Source: Camelus dromedarius
Taxonomy: Eukaryota
Assembly: GCF_036321535.1 (NCBI RefSeq)
Contig: NC_087436.1
Coordinates: 24,678,001-24,742,000 of the forward strand
Direction: 5' to 3'
Length of the DNA: 64,000 nucleotides
Part shown: positions 52,766 through 64,000 of the stretch, piece after piece
How the letters are laid out: the number at the start of each line of letters is the position of its first letter
Position numbering within the stretch: position 1 is the first letter of the stretch
Program-made: the position numbers and the translations under genes
Notes under the pieces: generated by a model
What the model saw: only the letters and a program-made list of their open reading frames with translations
What the model was told of the DNA's origin: nothing
Database searches by the model: none

Positions 52766-54594
52766 GGTATTCCCCAATCTATATTAAATGGAAAAGTTAG
52801 AATTCTGTAGTGGTGCCCATTTTGTTGGAAAAAATTGTATCTGGGAATCATAAATACACCACTTTTCAAATTTCACTAATCCTGCATTCACCTCTTTCTC
52901 AGTTAAATGACCAAATAGTTTAAAATTATCTATTCTGCTCATAGTTCTTCCGAAGTGTAATATTTTCCCTCCCTTGGATTTATTTGCCTTATTCTTGGCT
53001 CTTTTCTGTGCTTGTAGCCAATACCAACAGCCTTCTTGGAAAATTGATATTTGCTTTATTAGCCGCCCCGCCGGTATTAATATTGGGCTGATGTCCATTT
53101 CCATGAAAATCAGCAGGGCTTTTGGAGGGAAAATTTCCATTTGTTGCTGCACGAAGTGGGGCTGATGAACTCCTGGGCTCCCCAGGGTCAGCCTGGTGTG
53201 GTTCAGTCGTTGGAGCTCAGGGATGTTGATTCTGATGATGAGTCTGGCTTGTGAGAATCACTTTTTGCACTTCTTTCTCAGTTGGGGACATTTATTCAAG
53301 AATCACTGCTATGGCAGGCTGAGTGGATGGGGTCACCTTGGTGTATATGAAACAGCAGCACACATCTATCAATCCCGGATCTGGGCATGTAAAAGCCTGC
53401 TGCTTGAGACGGACAGACTCATTCCCTTGGTTGAAATTTGTCTGATGCCCGATATCAATTACACTTAAATCTCACTCCCCAACCTGGAGTTCCAGCTGAT
53501 ATCTAAGTCCTCTTTTGCACACTTCAAGTATGGTGGTTGCAGTTCCAGAAGGAAGAAAGGTCGAGTGGAGGTTAGGTCTATAGAAATATCAGAGGAGAGC
53601 TGGGGTAGGTCTAAAGAATCACTTTAAATTTTTTACCAGCTGCTGTGTCCTGCAGTTTTGTGAAAATTGCATTACTCAAAAACTAACTGAATCCAAATTT
53701 TAAAAATGAGACAAAATCTTTTCTTTTATTCTGATTCACATTCTACGTAACACCCTAACTATGTGTTTGCTTGTAACAGTCTTGCACACTGATACAAAGA
53801 ATTATAGGCTTATTCATCATTTTGGGGGAGTTATGTTTTCTCCAGTGTTGTCATTTGTAACAAAGAACTCCCAACCCATCAGGAAATATTAAAAGAGGAG
53901 AAAATCCCAAACGAATCTTTTTTTTCTTTCTTCTTTCACTGGGCTTCTCCTTATTTATAGCCCTGCACTCCATAGGTTACCTGATGCTTTTACTGAAGAG
54001 AGTGAGGTTGTTTTGAATGTTTGCCTGTTTTCATTACCCAGTATTCCAGAGCCATAAGCTTTATGTTCCAGTTCAGTATTTCTCATGTTGACTTTGCTGG
54101 GAACATTTCTCTGTGGGCGACGGTAAGGTGATGACTGGTGTCTTTCCCCTTTCAGTGCTGACAGACACCACTTTAGTGTTAAGAATAGCTCAGAGGCTGT
54201 ATCAGTCAGGACATGCTCTGAAAACAATCAACCACAAACATTTTAAGGCCTTAAAAATGGGAGGTCTATTTCTTGCTCATACCAAGGGCCCATTGTAGGG
54301 TGGCCGTGAGCCTTTGCTCTATGTCCTTGTCCCTCTCCCTTGGAGATACGTATTCATTTGGCACATTTTTGCCTTCGAGTTTTCACAGGTGAACATTTTA
54401 CTAGATACCATGTCACTGTGTGATAGGGGTTGTCATCCTTGCAGCTTCTGATGCTGGTTTCATCTCTGTCCACTCCCTGACCTCACATGTTAGTTTTCTT
54501 CTGGTAGAGTGGCATTTCACTTATTGGTACCAATTTCAGAATCGGTCAGGGTTGACTAGAGTAGTAAAAGACAACTTCAAAACTTCAGTGGCTT

Positions 54595-55240
54595 CTGTTC
54601 ATAGGAATGTAGTTTGGTGTAGCCATTATGGAAAACAGTATGGAGATTCCTTAAAAAATTAAAAATAGACTTACCCTATGATCCAGCAATCCCACTCCTG
54701 GGCGTATATCTACAGGGAACTCTTATTTGAAAAGATACATGCACCCCAATGTTCATAGCAGCACTATATACAACAGCCAAGACATGGAAGCAACCTAAAT
54801 GTGCATCGACAGATGGCTGGATAAAGAAGTTGTGCTATAGATATACAACGGAATACTACTCAGCCATAAAAGAGTATAAAATAACACCATTTGCTGCACA
54901 TGGATGGACCTAAAGATTGTTATTCTATGTGAAGTAAGCCAGAAAGAGAAAGAAAAATACCATATGATATCACTTATATATGGAATCTAAAAAAGTGACA
55001 CAAATGTACTTACTTACAAAACAGAAACAGACTCACAGACAAAGAACACAAACTTGTGGTTACCAGGGGGAAAAGGTGGGGGTGGGGTAGAGGGATAAAT
55101 TGGGAGTTCAGAATTTGCAGATAGTACTATATATAAAAAAGATAAACAGCAAGGTCCTACTGTAGAACACAGGGAACTATATTCAATACCTTGAATATAA
55201 TGAAAAAATATGTGTGTGTGTGTGTGTGTGTATACATATA

Positions 55241-55279
<39 letters not shown>

Positions 55280-55346
55280 AATCACTATGCTATATACCAG
55301 AAATTAACACAATGTTGTAAACTGACTATACTTCAATTTAAAAAAC
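54595..55346 (+). mobile_element. 5'-truncated L1 (older, host element)
   Basis: ATGGAAAACAGTATGGAGATTCC...GATCCAGCAATCCCACTCCTGGG...ACTGACTATACTTCAAT; its TSD AAAACTTCA(G/A)TGGCTT (~54579-54594 and ~56428-56443) brackets the nested L1 as well. Confidence 0.93.
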
Positions 55347-55919
55347 CCTGTGCACTTGAAAAAAAATGTATATCCTATTTTGGGGGTGTAATGCTCTGAA
55401 AATATCCACCAAATCTAATTTTTCTATTGTATTATTTAATTTCTCTGTTGCCTTATTTATTTTCTGTCTGGAAGATCTGTCTAGTGATGTTAATGCGGTG
55501 TTAAAATCTCCAACTATGATTGTATTCCCATCAATATCCCCCTTTATCTCTGTTAGTAATTGTTCTATGTACTTAGGTGCTTCTATATTGGGTGCATATA
55601 TAACAAGTATAATATCCTCATCTTGTATCACTCCTTTAATCATTATAAAATATCTTTCTTTATCTTTCTTTATGGCCTTTGTTTTAAAGTCTATTTTGTC
55701 TGAAATCAGTACTGCAACACCTGCTTTTTTGGTTTTTCCATTTGCATGGAATATCCTTTTCCATCCTTTCACTCTCAATCTATATGTGTTCTTCTCCCTA
55801 AAGTGGGTCTCTTGTATGCAGCATATTGAAGGTTCTTGCTTTATTATCCAGTCTGCCACTCTATGTCTTTTGACTGGAGCATTTAGTCCATTAACATTTA
55901 CAGTAATTAATGACAGATA
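55347..55919 (-). pseudogene. Inverted LINE-1 ORF2 N-terminal APE-like endonuclease fragment
   Basis: Translation ITVNVNGLNAPVKRHR...CCIQETHF...KKAGVAVLISDKIDFK...IYAPN...IIVGDFNT...DLVDIFRALHP. Confidence 0.95.
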
Positions 55920-56415
55920 AGATGTGGTATATTTATACAATGGAATACTATTCAGCCATGAAAACTGACAACATAACGCCATTTGCAGCAACATGGATGC
56001 TCCTGGAGAATGTCATTCTAAGTGAAGTAACCCAGAAAGAGAAAGAAAAATACCATATGAGATCACTCATATGTGGAATCTAAAAAACAAAAACAAAAAC
56101 AAAAAGCATAAATACAAAACATAAACAGACTCATAGACATAGAATACAAACTTGTGGTTGCCAAGGGGGTGGAGGGTGGGTAGAATAGATAAACAAGATT
56201 ATACTGTAAAGCACAGGGAAATATACACAAGATCTTATGGTAGCTCACAGAGAAAAAAATGTGACAATGAATATATATATGTTCATGTATAACTGAAAAA
56301 TTGTGCTCTACACTGGAATTTGACACAATATTGTAAAATGACTATAAATCAATAAAAAAAAATTTTTAATTAAAAAAATAAATAAAATAAAAATAAAATT
56401 AAAGTTAAAAAAAAA
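55919..56415 (+). mobile_element. Young L1 3' end (non-inverted part of the nested L1)
   Basis: AGATGTGGTATATTTATACAATGGAATACTA...AATCAATAAAA + long A-rich tail. Confidence 0.93.
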
Positions 56416-56565
56416 CCTAAAAAACAAAAAACTTCAATGGCTTAAATGATAAAGGGTTATCTCTTACTCCTAGTATACATTTTGAGGAACTCTGCTCTGT
56501 CCTCCTCACCCAGAGATCCAGATAGAAATAAGCACCCTGTCTGCTTCTTCAGTTGCCCATGGGGC

Positions 56566-57045
56566 TGTCTTAGTCACCTATTGCTGTGTAACAAACAATT
56601 TCCAAACTTAGTGGCTTTAAACAACAATTTATTTGTTTATTTTACAACTTGGGCTGGACTTAGCTGGGTGGTTCTGCTGTTCTTGCCAGGGGTGCTTACA
56701 TAGCCACAGTCAGCTGGTGGGTTGGCTAAGGATGGCTGGTACCGGCTGGCTCGCTCGTGTGTCCGGGGTTCAGCTGAGATTGCTGGAGCAGCTGGGAGGG
56801 CCAGGTCTCTCTAACCACCTGGTCTCTCATCTTCAAGGAGTCCAGCCTGGGCTTCATTGCTCTAATAAAGAATGAGATGTGAAATTTCAAGCCTTCTTGA
56901 GGACAATGCTCACATGGTTACTCTCACTATGTTTTGTTGGTCAAAGCAAGTCCTAGGGCCAGCTCAGATTCAAAAGAAGGGGAAAGACCCTAACTGTAGA
57001 TGGAAGAAACCACAGAGAATTTATGGCCATTTTTAATTCACCACA
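56566..57045 (-). mobile_element. MLT1 LTR (second layer)
   Basis: TGTCTTAGTC...ATTGCTGTGTAACAAAC...AACTTAGTGGCTTTAAACAAC...TTGGTCAAAGCAAGTC...ATGGCCATTTTTAATTCACCACA. Confidence 0.88.
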
Positions 57046-57076
57046 GCAAGAGAATGGGATTGTGGCAAATTATGTA

Positions 57077-57710
57077 TGGGCAGACCTCAGAGACATTGAG
57101 GGTTCGGTTCCAGGCCACCACAATAAAGCGAATATTGTAATAAAGTGAGTCACATAATTTTTTTTGTTTTCCAGTGCGTATAAGAGTTATGCTTACACCA
57201 TACTGTAGTCTAAGTGTGCAACAGCATTATATAGAAAAAGACAGTGTACATACCTTAATTTAAAAGTACTTTATTACTAAAAAGTATAAACCATCATCTG
57301 AGCCTTTAGCAAATTGTAATAGTGACATCAAAGATCACTGGTCACAGATCATCCTAATAAATATTATTATTATTACTATTACTATTATTATTATTAAGGA
57401 AAAAATTTTAAATACTGTAAAATATATATGTATGTATATACATGACTGGGATATTGTGCTGTACACCAGAAATTGACACATTGCAATTGACTGTACTTCA
57501 ATAAAGAAATAAAAATTAAAAATAAAGTAAAATAAAATACAATACTGCAAGAATTACCAAAAAGTGACACGCAGACACGAAGTGAGCAAATGCTGTTGGA
57601 AAAGTGGTGCCAATAGACTTAATCAACGCAGCGTTGCCCCAAACCTGGAATCTGTAAAAAATGCAGTATCTGTGAAGTACCATAAAGTGCAGTAAAACAA
57701 GGTCTGCCTG
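57077..57710 (-). mobile_element. Internally deleted Tigger1 (TcMar) with an L1 tail inserted at ~57421-57540
   Basis: TA-flanked TIR-like ends GGGCAGACCTC...AAGGTCTGCCTG; GGTTCGGTTCCAGGCCACC; TGCTGTTGGAAAAGTGGTGCC; L1 TSD AATACTG(T/C)AA at 57411 and 57541. Confidence 0.88.
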
Positions 57711-58699
57711 TACTTGTCCTCAAATCTTTCCCTCAAGTATGACAATTGTCATTTCTACTCATATTTCATAAACTAAAGCAAGTCATAGGGCCATGCCTAA
57801 CTTCAAAGAGGGTGGGGAAGTGGACTCCTACCTTGTGTTAAGAAGACAAAAGGCTGAAAGTATTTGGTTAACGGAAATAATGATGCTAATAAAAAATTTC
57901 CAATTGTTGACCATAAAGGCTTCTGTTGTTGAGGAATAGTAGGTTTCTTGAATTGATTTTTAATAGTGTGCTGCTCATGTAGCAGAATTAACCAATCAAA
58001 TTCAAGACTCTTACATTATATTTAGGCTGATGGTAACATGGCTAAGGTGCTATTTTGTATGTGGCTCAAGCCTTCCCTAATGTTTAATCATTTTGTAGCC
58101 CGGCATTGACTATAATATGTCATCAATTTTTTTTTTTGAGTGTAGCATCTACACATCAGATTTTGGATATTGTTCTTAAAGGCTTTTCATAATGTTTATC
58201 ACTTATTGATCAGACAGGTCATCAATGTGTCTTTTATTTCCTTAATTCAATAGCAAGAATCCAATGAATATGTGCATGAAGATGATTAAACAGATGTCAC
58301 ATACATAGTTGGAATCTCATATGTCACGCATTTCAATTTAGTAGCAGTGATGTTTTGATATGGACTTTGAAGAGACAGCAATAATTTGGGATCCCCACAG
58401 AGGGTGTGCTCTTTCAGTCAGAGATGGTTTGTGTTCCTGGAAGCAAAGGCTGGTGAGAGATTGAGGTAGGCCGATAAAAGTCATAGAGTGTTCTTAGCTA
58501 TTTTCATGATGAATTAAAGAAACCATGCCAAATAAATAGTTGTATACAACTATATATATAGTTATATATATATAAAACTTAAAAGGAAATTTCACAAGTA
58601 TGACTCTAGATGGAGTGAGTCAGCCTTCCACTCTGTTGAGAAGTCAGCTGGCAGAGTGAGGCAGGGGATCTGAGAGGCTGGGGCAGACATGAATGGTGT

Positions 58700-59350
58700 C
58701 ATGGATAAGAGTGAGGGCTTTGGAGCCAGTGGATCTGGTTCAGGACCTGGCTCTGCTATTTACTGGCAGTGTGTCCCAGAGACTGTGAGTAGGAGTGGCA
58801 CAGAGCAGCCAAATTTCCAAGCCTCCCTTGCAGTTCAGGTGTGACCATGTGACTGAATTCTAGCTACTGGAATGAGAGTGGTAGGAGTAGAATGGGCCAC
58901 TTCCAGCCTTGGGCCAGAAATATAACCTTCCATCGTATGTGACCCTCGCTCCCTTTCCCCCTCTGCCATCTGATTGGAGAAGGTTTAGGGGGCAGGGGAT
59001 TTGGAAGAGGACTGAGAAAACGGAGGTTGCCTGGATCCTTTAATGACCTCATGCAGCACAGCCTGCTTCCCCTCCCATCTCCATCACCACCTGCATTGAT
59101 TGAGACGGGCAAGAGAGTCTTGCTTTGTCACACCACTGAGACCCAGGGGTTTGTTAGAGCAGCTTGTGGTACTCTGTTACATGTGTGATATGAAGCAAGA
59201 CAACATTGTCCTTCTCAGCTCTAATTTCCTCATCAGTGGGGCAACTCATACCCACTTCAAGGAATTTTTTTGTCAGGATTGAAAGAGGCAAACTTATAAC
59301 ATGTTTAACATATTGCCTAGCATGTAGTTAATAATAAATGGTAGGTATTA
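58700..59350 (+). mobile_element. MIR interrupted by an MLT1 (I/J-like) LTR (~58785-59180)
   Basis: GGCTTTGGAGCCAG...GCTCTGCTATTTACTGGC; CCTCCCTTGCAGTTCAGGTGTGACCATGTGACTG; MIR resumes at TTTCCTCATCAG. Confidence 0.75.
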
Positions 59351-59664
59351 TAATAATAAATTGGAATGTTGGAGTGTCTCCTTTTTGAAGTTAGAACAAA
59401 CCTCTTTTTTTCAGTTAGTCCTAATGGACTGTGAGATTAATTACCATAAATAGCTTTGGAAAGACTGAGGCAGATTAGCAGTTTAACACTTAGTTGGATA
59501 CCTTAGGCATGTGGAAGAAAAAAATAGAAGAATGCCTTACTTGACTTATTTCTTTAGTGATGAGAAGTGGATCAAATAGAACAGACTGGATGAGGCATAT
59601 GAAACGGGGAGCTCTTAATTCACCTTATACCCAGACACTAGCATGGTTTGCTCAGACCTAAGAG

Positions 59665-59900
59665 CGACACCAATGTATGCCAGGCGCTGTGGAGGTGCTT
59701 CATGCTTCACATGTATTCACTCCTTAATCCTCACAGGATCCATCTGAAGCAGGCACAACTATTATCCCCATTTTACAGACGAGGATATTGAGGCATGGAG
59801 TGATTAAGTACTAACTTGTCCAAAGCCACCCCAGCCAGCACGTGGCAGAGCCAGGATTTGAATCAGGCAGCCTGGCTCCATGGTCCATGCTTTGGACCAC
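59665..59900 (-). mobile_element. MIR
   Basis: TATGCCAGGCGCTGT...TTAATCCTCACA...ATTATCCCCATTTTACAGACGAGG...GGCAGAGCCAGGATTTGAA. Confidence 0.92.
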
Positions 59901-62900
59901 TCTCCCACACACTCCTATAGACATTGGCAGAGCAGGTGCTCCATAAAGATTTATTTGTTCAGTAGGTGCATGATGCCACTTGGCATATTTTCAGAGATCT
60001 GTATCACCCAGGTTGGAATTGGAACCTCTGGGATAACAATCAGATCCTTGATCTTTTTAAGATGTTAAGACATGATGAAAGGAATTGAGATGGTGGTGGT
60101 GGGGTGGTCAGAGAGACACACTGAGATCTGTCAGATGCTAAACTTAACCCAGCATTCATATTAAGGTCAGGAGATGGGCACAGCCAATGCTGGTATGGTG
60201 CTTGTTTCTGGTTTGTAGAGATTTGGTCTCCACTCATACTGCATGTAAACCTACCAAGATTTGATTGGCAAATGAGTGTACATGTCCACCTTCAGCCCTT
60301 TGAGAAGCATCTGGCTTGGGCTAAGTGTGCTCTTCACAGAGGTGTCGGCTGCTGCTTTGCCTTCTCCAGCACTGTGCTGCTGTTGTGAGGAAAAAGAAAT
60401 GTCACTGGCAAACAGAACCAAAATATTAATTTACACTTAATATTCCTCCTCAAATCACCCTCAGAAGCTTATCTGCTTTTCCAGCAATTTTGTGATAGAT
60501 ATCATTGCTTATTTTGTGTTACAAGCTTCCTCACAGTTGGTGATTTAAAAAAAAAAAAAAATAAAGATCATAAGGTGAATGACAGGATAGCATCCACTGC
60601 CTCAAAAGGAGTCACACACACCTATCTATAGATAGATCTATACGAGGAAAGGAAATAGACCAGTTGGCTTATGTTTCCTTGCTTCCTAAAATTTCCCTGT
60701 ATCTGTGTCATAGCTCTGATCTTAAATCTTATTTGATAAGTTACAGAATGTGCTAGTTTATCAAAGAGATTTAAAAAATGGACTTTTTTTTTTTTGCCTT
60801 CTGAAATTCAATGGAAGAAGAGGATTTGTCTTCACTATTGATCCCTTCCATTGAGTGGTTCTTGTGATGATTACCACTGTTCTATATTTATAGAGAATCA
60901 GCACTTCATAAATGTCAAAAGGCACTTTACTTTACACAAGTGTCAGTGTTCTAACATTTCACAAAGTTAGCGATTATCACGAGAACCACGTGTGGAAACT
61001 GGAAAATAAATAATTACTAAGGGAGGTAATGTTTTTTTCTTGGTAGAATCAGAAAACGAGGAGAAGTCCTTCACTCTGTCTTGTTTTGATGGTCCTTGTG
61101 CGTGGAGTCACTGTGCTCCGGGGACTTGCCCATCTCCCACTTGGGCTTGCTTCTCCACATCAAAGTTCCTCTCTCCTGGGGCTTGAATATCAAGTGGGCT
61201 ATAAAAATCTGCAATGTGGGATGCTGATACTGGGACAGAGGAAAATCACACTTTGATCATAGGAACCAGAAAGGGCAACCTTTTGGGGTCCTATGTAATT
61301 ATTGTATTAAGGTTTCTAAAGAAACTTCTGTATACTTTCATAACGGTGTAAGTGAAGTTTTCAGACAATTTTCAAAATTGGGGCGTGGAGGGTCTCTGAA
61401 TAACACTTAAGAGCTGTCCTGACCATTTACCTTCCACTGAATTGACCAGCTCTTTCATGTCCTGTTGGCATAATCTGTGCTTGGAGGGTTTTTTTTTTTT
61501 TTTTTTTTTGGTCTTCAATAAGGCTACTTTGAAAAGTTGTCATAGCAACACTGGCCACTGGTCTTAGGTAATATAACGAGGTGAGGAGGTGGCCTCCACT
61601 GGACTTCAGGCTTTGTTAGCTTTTGCTGTCATGTGCTGGGATGGCTTGTTCATAGATAACACTTCATTGAAGCAAAAACACTCTATGCCGGAGACCCCTA
61701 GAAAAGCTGTATCTTGTTCTCAAAGTGGATAGGTCACACAAACCTCCCCTGCTGCCCTCTGTCCCCTACCGCCTCCACTACTTAGTGGGGACTGTGGCTA
61801 ATCTCTTGGCACATAGGTGGCCACTCTTCACACTCCTGACCATGTGCTTATCGAACGATGCAAAGTTGGAACTTGTAGTGTCTTCTCAATAGCTTTAGAT
61901 GAACAGGCAGCTTTTCAGCTTTGTCGGGGAGCCCTGTGGGGGTTTTTTGGTTCAGTCTGCCAGCAAAGTTTGAGATATTCTGGATATTTTTCAGCAGATG
62001 TATGTCACCTACACATGATTGCTATACATGTTATGACTCTTGCATTTAATGAGTATGTTAAGTGATGTTACTCTCATAATTCAAAGGGACAGTATGCAAA
62101 GCCCTGTGAATTTCAGGAAACTGCAAAGGAATGATGAATTCCACCTGTCTTCCTGGCACAGAGCTTGGCTTCAAGTTTTCTGTGTTAAGGGACCTGCGCT
62201 GTCACATTTATGTTGATTGACTTCTCATGTCTTTTCAGTGGATGAAAAAAATATCTGCTTTAGTATTTTTGGTCTTTGATTTCAGTGATCAGATTGCTGG
62301 TATCTTGAAAAATCCTCAGGATTTGGCTGGGAGTTACGTTTCTCCCAGTGCATCTCCCTAAGTTCTTATCTACCTCTGTCTCTTCCATTCTTGTTTTTCT
62401 GGCGTCTCACTTTAACCTTATATGAACATGAGAGGTAATAAATTTTGATTGTGTTGAATTTTAGGAGGGAGGGAGAGAGGCACAATTTGGGGGAATGCTA
62501 TTTTAGTAGAACATCTTTATGCTGAGGTCTTTCAAAGGGTTATGGCCTTATGGCTGGAAGTTGAATAGAGTTGAGCTTCTTCTGTTGATAACTGGCCATT
62601 CCCTGTTTGAAATCAGGCACAGATGCGTTGGCTGCAGGCAACTGATGTGATTTTACAGGCTGATCTGATAGTTGAGAATATTCATATATTGGAAAGATGT
62701 CTGTGACTGCTGTGGGGAACCTAGCAAAAAAAAAGAAAAAGAAGACAGTAATTTCTGCTCTGGAATAAGCAAATTCTGTGTTTGGATATTTCCATTAGAT
62801 TTATTGTCATGATTATTTTAAATACTCTCACGTAGATTAAATGAAGAATGCATTTTGCCTTTCATCGCAATGACACTGGTGATATGTGGTCCCTGATTTT

Positions 62901-64000
62901 GATCAGCTGAGGCAGTGCCATGTGAGAGAGAGCAATGCGATAATAAATGAGAAGGCAGCAAAGATAAACTGCCCTGTCCTGCCCACTCACCTCCATCCTT
63001 TAAACACAGATTGACTCCAGGACATGAAAGGACTGCCAAGTAGTTAACCTGCACAAACAGCAGTAGAGCTGCAGCAGGTGAACTGTCCTTTGATGAAAGC
63101 ATCTCAGTGCCTCTTTAATTATATCCCCAAGGATTCACATATCTTAACAACCAGAATGGCCACGTGGCCGGGACCACGTGGAAAAGAAGTGAGAAGGATC
63201 AGAAACCAGCAGATTAAATTACTCAGAGACTGTGGTTCTCAGGACTCTAACAAAAGATAGGGAAGAAATCTGAGTATAATAGGGAGAAAAATCACAAAGC
63301 GTCTTAATATTCAATTAATAATCAGATTCCCCACCTTCCTCCAAACTTGCTGTGCCCCACATAACTCAAGAATTGAATTTTTATAATTGAAAAGATTCTA
63401 GGATGAAGTGTGCACTTGTCCACTTTCCCAATGGGGGAAAAGACACATAGAAAGACTCATTTACAGTACTGACCTATGGCTCTGAATGGCAAAATTGAGT
63501 GATATCAAATATGAGTATTTCTCGAGTCATAGGAGTCTGTAATGATACCACAAGCAATGGGGCCTCATTTACCATTTAAAAAATATTGTATAAAAATGAA
63601 ATACTGTGAATGGTACTACAAAATACAGTGTCATCTGGCACACAATTGGCGCTCAATAATTAGCTGAATCAAAGGTGATGTGGACTATGCAACCCAACCC
63701 TATAATTTAGGACAACCTAATTTGGCTCAGTATATTTCAGTTCAGTTTAGCAACGATTTACTACCAATTATTTGCAAGGCACTGTGATGGGGCCTGCAGA
63801 AAATAATAAGATACAATCTGGTGGTGGTGGTGGTGGAGGTGATGGCCAGCATAAGATAGTAAACAAATGTAATGTCTATAAAAGAGGCCATATTAGCTTC
63901 ACAAGAGAGTGAACTAAAAAGTCGACCCAAAGAACATGAAGCAGATATGTGAATATTACATCCAGAGTACAGGTGATAGATGCCACCAAGTGATGGTCAC

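Noticed and set aside
55366..55920. 184-aa hydrophobic plus-strand ORF resembling a membrane protein
   Set aside because: It is the antisense shadow of L1 ORF2.
1..64000. CRISPR arrays, operons, conserved miRNA or snRNA genes, CpG-island promoter
   Set aside because: The DNA is mammalian and has no regularly spaced repeats. I recognised no mature miRNA or snRNA sequence by eye and saw no extended CpG island; an Rfam/miRBase scan is needed to exclude these fully.

Overview
AT-rich, CpG-depleted placental mammal genomic DNA (intronic or intergenic). It is most likely from a camelid: there is a tRNA-Ala-derived Vic-1-type SINE at ~37.5 kb and artiodactyl-type L1 3' ends, and I saw no Alu, B1/B2, Bov-A/tA, PRE1 or Can-SINE. 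I found no credible host protein-coding exon. Nearly all listed ORFs are chance or repeat-derived; the only recognisable protein is a LINE-1 ORF2 endonuclease fragment (55.3-55.9 kb, minus strand). Much of the window is interspersed repeat: 5'-truncated L1s, many with readable target-site duplications (TSDs), plus L2, MIR, MLT1 LTRs, one ERV1-type solo LTR, hAT-Charlie MITEs and a deleted Tigger1. The points most worth a second look are: (i) a nested L1 with a twin-priming-type 5' inversion and a multi-kb internal deletion, which creates a chimeric 218-aa endonuclease ORF inside a multi-layer repeat nest; (ii) an old MLT1 LTR that has kept an unusual number of CpGs; (iii) a unique ~190-bp stretch packed with short inverted repeats; and (iv) several motif-dense unique segments that may be enhancers. 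I could not support a novel biological system. Repeat subfamily names come from recalled consensus sequences, and boundaries without TSDs are approximate.
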